Below are positions 27,119 through 35,842 of a stretch of 64,000 nt of DNA, piece after piece. Location of the stretch: positions 19,042 through 83,041 of the forward strand of contig JBBDRK010000067.1 in NCBI GenBank assembly GCA_040905465.1, given 5' to 3'. A program made the translations under genes and the position numbers. The stretch comes from Trueperaceae bacterium. Its GTDB lineage: Bacteria > Deinococcota > Deinococci > Deinococcales > Trueperaceae. A model generated the notes under the pieces. The model saw only the letters and a program-made list of their open reading frames with translations. It did no database searches and was not told where the DNA came from. Position 1 is the stretch's first letter. The number at the start of each line of letters is the position of its first letter.

Positions 27119-27922
27119 TCAGTGGCTCAGGGCTTCGTACTCGGCCTGGTCTTCGTTCAGCAGCCGCAGCACCTGTGGCAGGAGAGTGCGAGTTGTGCTG
27201 AGTACTTGTGTAGCGTATATCGTCTCGTTTCCCGCCCAGTCGCCGAAGTAACCTCCAGCCTCTCGCAATATAGGGGGGAAGGGACCGCAGTCCCACGGCT
27301 TCAAGGGCGACTCCAGCATCAGTTCGATTCGACCGGTCGCCACCAGCAGGTGACCGTAAGCGTCGGACCAACCGGCCCGGTGATAGCAGGCTTCCTGAAT
27401 GCGGGACCAAGAGGCGGCATGACCGTGTCTGCCGAAGCTCGAGGAGTCCGTTGAGGATACGATTCCACGCCTGAGCTCGCCGACCTGTGACACTCGAGCA
27501 GGACGTCCATTCCAAAAGCAGCCCTGCCCCGAGGCGCCCGAGATCATCTCGTCCAGTCCCGGAAAGTAGGCAGCTCCGACGACGGATTCCCCGTCGATCT
27601 CCAGTCCTATCAGTACGGCGTAGAGCGGTACGCCTCGCATGAAGGCCTTGGTGCCGTCGATCGGGTCTATCACCCACCGGAAGGAGGAGCCGTCGACCTC
27701 CTTGGCGCCATACTCCTCGCCCAGGATGGAATGGGAAGGAAAGCGGTCCTCTATCCTGGCCCGAATCAGCTCCTCCGCTCGGCGGTCGGCCACGGTTACC
27801 GGGCTGTCATCGCTCTTGAATTCGGGGCGGAGGCCGGACTGGAAGTAGCCGAGAGTCAGTCGGCCGGCGTCGAACGCCAGCTCGACCGCGAAGTCGGTAA
27901 ACGATCGAAGGTCCGTGCTCAT
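27119..27922 (-). CDS. Inositol monophosphatase family phosphatase (histidinol-phosphatase HisN-like)
   Basis: KSDDSPVT.ADR, GEE, WVIDPIDGTKAF.RGVP, WD; ATGA overlap with the upstream gene. Confidence 0.85.
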   Translation of the reverse strand: MSTDLRSFTDFAVELAFDAGRLTLGYFQSGLRPEFKSDDSPVTVADRRAEELIRARIEDRFPSHSILGEEYGAKEVDGSSFRWVIDPIDGTKAFMRGVPLYAVLIGLEIDGESVVGAAYFPGLDEMISGASGQGCFWNGRPARVSQVGELRRGIVSSTDSSSFGRHGHAASWSRIQEACYHRAGWSDAYGHLLVATGRIELMLESPLKPWDCGPFPPILREAGGYFGDWAGNETIYATQVLSTTRTLLPQVLRLLNEDQAEYEALSH

Positions 27923-28707
27923 GCAGTGAAGATCTCTTCCACGGCGCGGCCTTCCCACAGAGGGGAGGGGTCGACACCGAGCATGCGAGTGATAGTGGGG
28001 GCGGTGTCCAACAGGCCGACCTGGCGCTCGATCGCGAAGTTTTCCTTGATACCCGGCCCGGCGGCCATCCACGGGATGGTCATGTCCTCGGCGCTGTCGG
28101 TTCCGTGGCTCCTGTCGTGACCGCCGTGGTCGCTGTGGACGACAACCGCTGTATCGTCCGCGAGGTTCTCCAGGATCAGACCCAGGTGGGCGTCCGACCG
28201 CTCCACCTGCCGGAGATAGCGGTCGCTCATCCAGCCGAAGTCGTGCCCGACCTCATCGACGGTGGCCAGGTAGAGAAAGATGAAGTCGAACTCGCCCGAG
28301 CGCAGATATGGAATGGCGGCATTGACAGTGAGGTCGTCCGCCACTTCCGGATTTCTGGCGTAAGCGATGAGGGTGGACACGGAGAGGCGGCCGGGCCGGC
28401 TGAGGTCGCGCAACGGTTCCCAGGAGATAAAGCTGGCGCAACGCTTGCCCGCGTCGTTGACCACTTCCACGAGTCCGGGCACCGGCCTCGCCATGGGCGT
28501 ATAGGTGTTGACGAGAATGCCGTGGCGTTCAGGCGGGACGCTGTGGAAGATGCTCATATGGCAGGGGAGACTGATCGACGGCATTACGGAACAGCCGGTG
28601 AGCGTGTAAGCTCCCCGGCCCATGATCGCTCTGAGGTTGGGAGTGTGAGCGGCGGCGATGGCGTCCGGCCGCATGCCGTCGGTGCTTATGTAAACCACTT
28701 TGGTCAT
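27919..28707 (-). CDS. Alkaline phosphatase superfamily (nucleotide pyrophosphatase/phosphodiesterase-like), cytoplasmic
   Basis: STDGMRPD, PSISLPCH.S, DEVGH..GW, SDHGG..RSHG. Confidence 0.85.
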   Translation of the reverse strand: MTKVVYISTDGMRPDAIAAAHTPNLRAIMGRGAYTLTGCSVMPSISLPCHMSIFHSVPPERHGILVNTYTPMARPVPGLVEVVNDAGKRCASFISWEPLRDLSRPGRLSVSTLIAYARNPEVADDLTVNAAIPYLRSGEFDFIFLYLATVDEVGHDFGWMSDRYLRQVERSDAHLGLILENLADDTAVVVHSDHGGHDRSHGTDSAEDMTIPWMAAGPGIKENFAIERQVGLLDTAPTITRMLGVDPSPLWEGRAVEEIFTA

Positions 28708-28834
28708 TGCATGCTCCTCGTACGAGGTCGAGCGGATCCTGCTTGCGTAAGGGGTAATGCGCTACCGGCGATCCTTGCAAACGTTGCGGCTCTTGTCCGT
28801 CAGTTCACCTCCCGCTTCATAACTGTCGACCCGA

Positions 28835-30298
28835 TCACAGAGTGCACGCACGCTCGGCCCAGAGTCGCCAGCGTTCGTACTCGGCGTCTGCGTCCCCCCT
28901 CGACAGAGTTGGCTCGATAGGTTCGCGACCGGATCGAAGCGACCGGAGCTTGCTCTGGTCGATGAGCCCGGCGCCGACTCCGGCAAGCGCTGCCGCTCCG
29001 ATGGCGGTGGCCTCACGGTGCTGGGCCAGCCGGACTGGTACGCCGAGCACGTCCGCCTGCCGCTGCATTAGATAGCGGTTGCGCGTCAGCCCACCGTCCA
29101 CGTACAGGGCAGCGGGCCGGGGATATCCGGCTGCCCAGACGACCTCGAGAATGTCGCGAACCCTGAAAGCGATCGAATCTAGAACGGCCCGAACGAGGTG
29201 GGCCCGGGTGGTGCCGCCGCTGAGGCCAGCAAAGACCCCGCGGACGTCCTGCTGCCACCACGGCGAACCGAGGCCGGTCAGAGCCGGCAGAAAGGTGGCG
29301 CCGTTCGTGTCGCTCACACTCTCTGCCAATTCGGAGGTGTCGCCGGCATCGGCGATGATTCCCACCTGCTTGAGCCATCTGATTGCCGTTCCGGCCGTGA
29401 AGGCGCCGCCATCGAGGGCGTATACCCGTTCAGCGTTCGTACTCCAAGCGGTAACGGCCAGGAGGCCCTCCGGCCGAACGGGGATCTCGCTGCCCGCATT
29501 GACCAGCACGAAGCAGCCGGTGCCGTAGGTGACCTTTATGTCGCCCGCATCGAGGCAGCCATTGCCGACGAGCGCGGCCGGCTGGTCGACGAGGCTCGCT
29601 CGCCAGGGAAGCGGACGGCTCCAGAGCGAGTCGTTCAGCTCGCTCCAGTCACCGACAGAGGGCTGGATCGCTGCCAGCGCCTGGCTCGGTACCCCGAACA
29701 GTTCCGCCAGTTCAGGGTCCCAGGCGTCGCCTCCCAGGCGAAGCAGTTGAGTCCGTGAGGCGGTCGAGTGGTCGGTGCTGAAGCGCTCGCCCGCCAGCCG
29801 CCAGGCCAGCCAGGTGTCGAGAGTGCCCAAAGCGAGGTAATCGCCTGCCGCCGCCTGAGCCACCGGTTCGTTGTTTTCCAGGAGCCAGGACAGCTTCGCT
29901 GCCGAGAAGTAGGAGTCGAGGCGGAGCCCGGTGAGGTCCTCGATCCGTTCGTCCCAACCGGCGCCGCGCAACCGCTCGGTGACCGAATGGGCTCGGGTGT
30001 CCGACCAGACGATGGCGGGGGCCAGCGCTTCCCCCGTCTCGCGGTTCCAGGCCACCACCGTTTCACCCTGGTTGGCCAGACCCGCCGCCCACGGACCGTC
30101 CCGTTCGCCGACTCGGTCGAGCACCTCTTTGACAGCTTCCCGGACGGTTCCAACAATCTCTTCCGGGTCCTGTTCCACCCATCCCGGTTGGGGGTAGCGG
30201 TTGGGGAGTTCACGGTAAGCCTCGGCGACCAGACCCAATTCGGTGTCGATAGCCGCGCACGTGGTTCCGGTAGTACCCTGATCGATCCCTATCAGCAC
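28835..30298 (-). CDS. FGGY carbohydrate kinase, glycerol kinase-like
   Basis: IDQGTT, PQPGWVEQDPEEI, YFSA.K, TYGTGCF, PALTGLGSPWW, VDGG...N; start approximate (GTG 30298). Confidence 0.88.
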   Translation of the reverse strand: MLIGIDQGTTGTTCAAIDTELGLVAEAYRELPNRYPQPGWVEQDPEEIVGTVREAVKEVLDRVGERDGPWAAGLANQGETVVAWNRETGEALAPAIVWSDTRAHSVTERLRGAGWDERIEDLTGLRLDSYFSAAKLSWLLENNEPVAQAAAGDYLALGTLDTWLAWRLAGERFSTDHSTASRTQLLRLGGDAWDPELAELFGVPSQALAAIQPSVGDWSELNDSLWSRPLPWRASLVDQPAALVGNGCLDAGDIKVTYGTGCFVLVNAGSEIPVRPEGLLAVTAWSTNAERVYALDGGAFTAGTAIRWLKQVGIIADAGDTSELAESVSDTNGATFLPALTGLGSPWWQQDVRGVFAGLSGGTTRAHLVRAVLDSIAFRVRDILEVVWAAGYPRPAALYVDGGLTRNRYLMQRQADVLGVPVRLAQHREATAIGAAALAGVGAGLIDQSKLRSLRSGREPIEPTLSRGDADAEYERWRLWAERACTL

Positions 30299-31449
30299 GG
30301 TCCGTTCACTCCGCGCAACACGTTCAGCCGTTGCCACCACGGCATCGTCGCTTCGTCGAGTATGGCCGGCTGGAGTGTGTCGACAGGCCGCGGAGTGAAC
30401 CCTCGTTCAACGAGCATCCCCATTACATAGCGCGAAATCCCGAGGCATGCCGAGAGGCCGGTGGAACGGATTGCCGCCACGTTCAACAGCCACGGATTGT
30501 GGCCGGACCACTCCACGATGTAGTTGTGCGGGTGGCCCACCGGCCGTAGGCCCGCCCAGGAGTCGACGGTCTCGAGCCGGGCGACTTCCGGAAAGATAGC
30601 AGCGGCCTGCGCGCGCACCGCCTCCAACTCGTTCCTCCTGGGACGCCAATCCTCCTTGTCGTCCTGGTCAACGGCACTCGGGCCCGCGCACAGGTGACCG
30701 TAGATGGTCGGGAACACCAGTACCCCTTTGGTCCGCTTGTCCGGTACTGGCAGTAGGATGTGCCGGACCAGAGCGGCGCTACCCTGGTCGAACACCGCAA
30801 ATTCCCCTCTGCGAGCCGAGATGCGGAAGGAGCCGTCGCCGGCGACCTCGTCGCCGTAGAGCCCGGCGCAGTTCACCACGTACGAGGCCGAAACCGAACC
30901 GGCGTCACTGCGTACCGTGGCGGCACCGTCTTTGTGGACGACTTCATTCACTCGCCATCCCAGGCGGAGGTGTGTGCCGGTCGAGAGGAGTCGCCGAACG
31001 ACTTCGAACGGATCGGTTATTGCTTCGCCGGGTACGAGAAGACCGCCTACCGACCTTGCGTTCGGCTCGAGTTCGCGCGTCCCTGCTTCGTCCAACAGGC
31101 GGGTAGGAACGCCGTTCTTGCGAGCGTTCTCGGCGAGGGACGGGAGCTGCGAGCATTGCTCCTCGTTCGTGGCCAGCAGCAGAGCCCCGGGGACGCGGAA
31201 CGGAATGCCGAGCTCTCGGAAGAGATCGGGCCAGCGCCTTCCCTGCTCGAGGATCATCTCCGTTTCGAGCGATCCGGGCGTCGAGTCGAAGCCGGTATGG
31301 AGAATTCCGGAGTTGGAGCGACTGGCGCCTGCCGCCGGTTCAGGTCCGGCTTCGACCACCAGGGTTCTCGCCCCGCAGGCGGAAAGGTCGTGTGCGACGG
31401 CCGCTCCAACGAGTCCGGCGCCAACTACGACGACATCGAAATGTTCCAT
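30292..31449 (-). CDS. FAD-dependent oxidoreductase, GlpA/LhgO-like (DAO family), copy 1
   Basis: GAGLVG, ASRSNSGILHTGFD, VNCAGLYGD, RRGEF, WAGLRP, IRSTGLSA. Confidence 0.85.
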   Translation of the reverse strand: MEHFDVVVVGAGLVGAAVAHDLSACGARTLVVEAGPEPAAGASRSNSGILHTGFDSTPGSLETEMILEQGRRWPDLFRELGIPFRVPGALLLATNEEQCSQLPSLAENARKNGVPTRLLDEAGTRELEPNARSVGGLLVPGEAITDPFEVVRRLLSTGTHLRLGWRVNEVVHKDGAATVRSDAGSVSASYVVNCAGLYGDEVAGDGSFRISARRGEFAVFDQGSAALVRHILLPVPDKRTKGVLVFPTIYGHLCAGPSAVDQDDKEDWRPRRNELEAVRAQAAAIFPEVARLETVDSWAGLRPVGHPHNYIVEWSGHNPWLLNVAAIRSTGLSACLGISRYVMGMLVERGFTPRPVDTLQPAILDEATMPWWQRLNVLRGVNGPC

Positions 31450-31553
31450 GATGGGTCAGGTCTCCTGGCCTTTGGCATGCATGTCACAATCCTCCGACGA
31501 AAGACGCGCATGTCGTGGGAATGGACGTGCTACGAGCCGAAAGACGTTGCCGC

Positions 31554-32630
31554 TCACAGGGCGGATCTCGTGAAGTCCTGCTGCAACACTCCGTGTAGCT
31601 CGAGTTCTTCGGTGAAGTGGCAGGCAGCCAAGTGACCGGACCCTACCGGCTTCAGCGCAGGCTTCTCTTCTCGGCAACGGTTCTGGGCGAATCGACATCG
31701 TGTGTGGAACGCGCACCCGCCGGGAGGGTCCGACGGGTCGGGTCGTTCGCCCGTCAGGAGGACAGGGTTCATCGGCTTGTCCGGATCCGCCGTGGGGATG
31801 GCCGACAGCAGCGCCTCGGTATATGGATGTCGGGGAGCATTGAAGAGCCTCGCTGTGGGCCCCGTTTCGATAATTCTCCCGAGGTACATGACCGCGACAC
31901 GATCACTTACCTGGGACACGACCGCCAGGTCGTGGGCGATGAACAGGTAGGTGAGCTCCAGGTCGCGCTGCAGCCGCTTGAGAAGATTGAGGATCTGCGC
32001 CTGAATCGACACGTCGAGGGCGGACACCGCCTCGTCGCACACCACGAACTCGGGATCGAGTATCAAGGCTCTGGCAATTGCGATGCGCTGCCGCTGCCCG
32101 CCGCTGAATGCGTGCGGGTGGCGTCCGAGTTGCTCGGTGGACAAGCCACACTTGATGGCGATGTTGCGTATGCGTGACTCCAGATCCACACCCTTGGCGA
32201 GACCGTGAGCTACGAGCGGCTCTCCGATGATGTCGCGAACCGTCATGCGCGGGTTGAGAGAGGAGAAGGGGTCCTGAAAGATCATCTGCATATTTCGCCA
32301 GACTCGCCGCAGGCCACGGCGGTCGAGCTGCATGACCTCATCGACGCCACCGTGCTGGCCATGGAAGCGAACGCTACCTCGACTGGCCGGCACCGCTCGC
32401 AACAGTGCCCTTCCCAGCGTCGTCTTGCCGGATCCGCTCTCGCCTACCAGGCCCAGTGTCTCGCCGCGATGCACCTTCAGGCTCACGCCGTCGACCGCTC
32501 GCAGGACCTGTTTCGCCCGGCCACCCCCGCGGGAGCGCCGTACCGCGAACTCTACCGTCAGATCGTTCACCTCGAGCAGCACCTCGCTTGTCGGCGAACA
32601 AGAGGCGGCGATCTTCTGCTTCTCAGTCAT
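31554..32630 (-). CDS. Oligopeptide-type ABC ATPase (OppF/DppF-like)
   Basis: GESGSGKT, FSGGQRQR, CDEAVSALD, HPYT, C-terminal Cys motif. Confidence 0.93.
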   Translation of the reverse strand: MTEKQKIAASCSPTSEVLLEVNDLTVEFAVRRSRGGGRAKQVLRAVDGVSLKVHRGETLGLVGESGSGKTTLGRALLRAVPASRGSVRFHGQHGGVDEVMQLDRRGLRRVWRNMQMIFQDPFSSLNPRMTVRDIIGEPLVAHGLAKGVDLESRIRNIAIKCGLSTEQLGRHPHAFSGGQRQRIAIARALILDPEFVVCDEAVSALDVSIQAQILNLLKRLQRDLELTYLFIAHDLAVVSQVSDRVAVMYLGRIIETGPTARLFNAPRHPYTEALLSAIPTADPDKPMNPVLLTGERPDPSDPPGGCAFHTRCRFAQNRCREEKPALKPVGSGHLAACHFTEELELHGVLQQDFTRSAL

Positions 32631-33624
32631 ACAGGAAACAACTCACCCTGTGGCCAGCCTCCAGTTCGATCTCTCCGGGAAACCGGCTGTCGCACTTGCC
32701 CACCATGAAGGAGTCACAGCGAGGGTGAAAGGTGCAACCGGTCGGTAGGTCGAAGAGTCCCGGCACGTTGCCGCGAATAGACTTCAGCTCACCTGTTCCT
32801 GCCAGTTCTTCGATTCGAGGCGTTGCCGCCAGGAGCTCCCGGGTGTAAGGGTGGCGCGGAGCCTTGAACACCTCCTTCTTCGGGCCCTGCTCGACGAGCT
32901 TGCCGGTGTACATGACAGCCACCTGGTCGGCGATCTGGGCTACGACACCGAGATCGTGGGTGATGAAGAGGACCGCCATGCCGAACTCCAGTTGGATCTC
33001 CCGCAACAGCTCGAGAATCTGTGCCTGGATGGTGACGTCGAGTGCTGTGGTGGGTTCGTCCGCCACCAACAGAGCGGGATTACAGGCAAGGGCCTTCGCG
33101 ATCATCGCCCGTTGCCTCATTCCACCGGAGAACTCGTGCGGATAGCGGTCGACCGCTCGTGCCGGATCGGCGATCTGTACCCGGTCCAGCATCTCGATCG
33201 CCCGCGTTCGCATCTCCTTGCGGCTCATCGCGCTGTGAGCGCGAAGGACCTCGACGATGTGATCGCCGATCGTATGGACCGGCGAGAACGAGCTCATCGG
33301 TTCCTGAAAGATCATCGCGATGTCGTTTCCGCGAATGCGCCTCATGACGGGCCCGTCGGCCGGCACTTGGGCCAGGTCGACCGTGGCACCGAGGCGCTCG
33401 GAGTGAAAGCGAATCGCGCCTCGGTGGATCGCCAGGTTGTTGGGTAGCAGTCCGAGCAGAGCCTGGGCGGTGACACTCTTGCCCGATCCGCTCTCGCCGA
33501 CCAGGGCCACCACATCACCCGGCTCGATGGCGAACTTCACGTCGTCCACCAACGCCACCAGTCCGGCTTCCATGTTGAGGGAGATTGTCAGGCCGTCGAC
33601 TTCCAACAGCGGGGAGGCGCTCAC
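32623..33624 (-). CDS. Oligopeptide-type ABC ATPase (OppD/DppD-like)
   Basis: [42 protein letters not shown] overlap. Confidence 0.93.
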   Translation of the reverse strand: MSASPLLEVDGLTISLNMEAGLVALVDDVKFAIEPGDVVALVGESGSGKSVTAQALLGLLPNNLAIHRGAIRFHSERLGATVDLAQVPADGPVMRRIRGNDIAMIFQEPMSSFSPVHTIGDHIVEVLRAHSAMSRKEMRTRAIEMLDRVQIADPARAVDRYPHEFSGGMRQRAMIAKALACNPALLVADEPTTALDVTIQAQILELLREIQLEFGMAVLFITHDLGVVAQIADQVAVMYTGKLVEQGPKKEVFKAPRHPYTRELLAATPRIEELAGTGELKSIRGNVPGLFDLPTGCTFHPRCDSFMVGKCDSRFPGEIELEAGHRVSCFLYD

Positions 33625-34766
33625 TTGGATGTCTCCTTGGCGTAGGGGTCGGCCGCATCGCGCAGCCCGTCTCCGACGAAACTGAAGGCCAACACCGCTA
33701 TGATGACGAAGATGCCGGGAATCAGCAACCAGGGCATGTGGGCGATGGAGCGAACGTTCTGGGCGGCGTAGAGCAGTACTCCCCAACTTTCGACCGGTTC
33801 GCGCAGACCGAGGCCCAGGAAGCTTAGTGCCGTTTCGGCCAGCAGGATCTCTGGGAACGCGATGGTCATGTCGACGATCAGATAGCTCATGAACGACGGC
33901 AGCAGATGGCGTCCTATGATACGAGCGTCGCTGCAGCCGGAGAGTCGCGCCGCTAGCACGAAGTCCTCGTGCCTCACGGATAGCAGCTTGCTGCGCACCG
34001 TGCGGGCGAGCCAGGTCCAACCGATCAGGGCGAGGATCACGGTGATTGCCAGATATGTCTGAAGCGGAGTCCAGTCGCGCGGGACGGCAGCGCTCAGCGC
34101 CATCCACAGGGGTAGCGTGGGGATCGAACGGATGAACTCGATGAGACGCATTATCGCGCTGTCGACCACGCCGCCGTAGAGGCCGGCAATTCCCCCGATT
34201 ATCGATCCCAGGACGAACGCCACCAGGACGCCGACAGCCCCCACAGACAGCGAGACACGCGTGGCGTAGAGGGTCCGCGAAAAGATGTCACGCCCGATGC
34301 TGTCCGTTCCGAACAGGTGAATCGTTTCGGACTCCGTGCCGAAGAGATGGATGTTCGTTCTAAGTAGACCCCAGAATTTGTACTCCTGGCCCCGTACGAA
34401 AAAGTAGATCGGCCACTTCTCGGATCGGTCGACCGTGGGGATCATGCGCAACGTCACCGGATCGCGTGTGAGGTCACGGCCATAAATGAAGGGGCGTAGC
34501 TGTAACCCGCTTTCGCGGTCGCTCCAACGAACGACTGTGGGTGGTCCGCTCAGGTATTGAGCATTCCGGGTTCCCGATGCGTAAGGGGCGAAGAACCCTG
34601 CAAACAGGCCGAGGCAGGTCAGCATTCCGAGAACGACGAGTCCGGTCAGGGCGATGCGATGGCGCTTGAACCTCCACCAGATGAGCTGCCACTGGGTTGC
34701 GCTGTCGGTTCGGCGAACACGACCGCGGGGTTGCGTCAGGAAGCGTGCCGATGCGGCTGCCTTCAT
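33621..34766 (-). CDS. Oligopeptide-type ABC permease (OppC-like)
   Basis: FGTDSIGRDIFSR, AARLSG, ETALSFLGLGL, GDGLRDAADP. Confidence 0.92.
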   Translation of the reverse strand: MKAAASARFLTQPRGRVRRTDSATQWQLIWWRFKRHRIALTGLVVLGMLTCLGLFAGFFAPYASGTRNAQYLSGPPTVVRWSDRESGLQLRPFIYGRDLTRDPVTLRMIPTVDRSEKWPIYFFVRGQEYKFWGLLRTNIHLFGTESETIHLFGTDSIGRDIFSRTLYATRVSLSVGAVGVLVAFVLGSIIGGIAGLYGGVVDSAIMRLIEFIRSIPTLPLWMALSAAVPRDWTPLQTYLAITVILALIGWTWLARTVRSKLLSVRHEDFVLAARLSGCSDARIIGRHLLPSFMSYLIVDMTIAFPEILLAETALSFLGLGLREPVESWGVLLYAAQNVRSIAHMPWLLIPGIFVIIAVLAFSFVGDGLRDAADPYAKETSK

Positions 34767-34767
34767 A

Positions 34768-35763
34768 TCATCCGCTCAACTGGATCCGCGGGTCCAGCAG
34801 GGCGAGGAGTATGTCGGAGACGAACGTTCCGATTACCGTCAGGGCGCAGAAGATGAATACCAGGGCGCCCGCGAGCTGCATGTCCTGGTTGAGCAGCGAC
34901 TTCAGGAAGAGGGGGCCGGTATCGGGGAGGCCCATGACCACCCCCACGATCGGGGCTCCCGAGATGACGTAAGTCAGTCGCCAGCCGAGGGTCGCAACGA
35001 TCGGTATCAGTGCCAGGCGCACCGGATACTTGATGAGCAGGCGCAGCGGGTGAATTCCGCCGGCGCGGGCGGCGACGACATACATCTTGTCGAGCTCGTC
35101 GAGCAGCACCGCTCGCATCGAGCGGACCAGGAATGCGGTGCCTGCCGTGCCCAGGACCACCACCGGAACCCACAGATGGGCCAGGAGATCGATGAATTTG
35201 GCCCAAGTGAACGGCTGCCCTTCGAAGTGTGGCGAGAAGAGGCCGCCGACACTCTGACCGAACCACTGTTGACCGAAATACATCATTATCAGTGCCAGCA
35301 GAAAGTTCGGCGTCGCCAGGCCGATGTACCCGATCAGGGAGAAGCTGTGATCTGCGATGGAGTACTGGCGTACGGCGGAGTAGATGCCGATAGGTAGAGC
35401 GATGCCGTACATGAACAAGAGAGTGCTGAAAGCGAGTGCCAGGGTGAGCGGCAGGCGATCGGCGATCAGTTCCGAAACAGGCCGCTGCCACTCCCACGAA
35501 AATCCGAAGTCGAGACGAAGGAAGATTCCCGAGATCCACGAGAGGTACTGGACGTACCAGGGTCGGTCGAGACCGAGATTGTGGCGCAGGTTGAGCAACT
35601 CGGCCTGCGTGAATGCAGCTCCCGTCTGATTCTTCTGAGCAACGTAGGCGTCGGCGAAATCCCCGGGTGGTAGCTGGATGATCACGAACGCAACTACCGA
35701 TACCGCCAGCAACGTGCCGACCATCGACAGGAGCCGGAAGCCCAGGAAGCGTAATACGTTCAC
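34768..35763 (-). CDS. Oligopeptide-type ABC permease (OppB-like)
   Basis: IIQLPPGD, GLDRPW..QY, ATPNF, AARAGG; GTG start 35763. Confidence 0.9.
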   Translation of the reverse strand: MNVLRFLGFRLLSMVGTLLAVSVVAFVIIQLPPGDFADAYVAQKNQTGAAFTQAELLNLRHNLGLDRPWYVQYLSWISGIFLRLDFGFSWEWQRPVSELIADRLPLTLALAFSTLLFMYGIALPIGIYSAVRQYSIADHSFSLIGYIGLATPNFLLALIMMYFGQQWFGQSVGGLFSPHFEGQPFTWAKFIDLLAHLWVPVVVLGTAGTAFLVRSMRAVLLDELDKMYVVAARAGGIHPLRLLIKYPVRLALIPIVATLGWRLTYVISGAPIVGVVMGLPDTGPLFLKSLLNQDMQLAGALVFIFCALTVIGTFVSDILLALLDPRIQLSG

Positions 35764-35801
35764 AGGTCGATCCTCTCGTCGACGGGTGGTGCTTCTGGAT
35801 G

Positions 35802-35831
35802 TGTGGGCCCGGATATAGCTCCGGGCCCACA
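35802..35831 (-). terminator. Stem-loop between the binding-protein and permease genes
   Basis: TGTGGGCCCGGA-TATAGC-TCCGGGCCCACA, 12-bp stem. Confidence 0.55.
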
Positions 35832-35842
35832 AGGCTGACGGT

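Noticed and set aside
28835-30298. Gene symbol glpK
   Set aside because: Substrate-binding motif is altered (NQGET), so orthology is not safe
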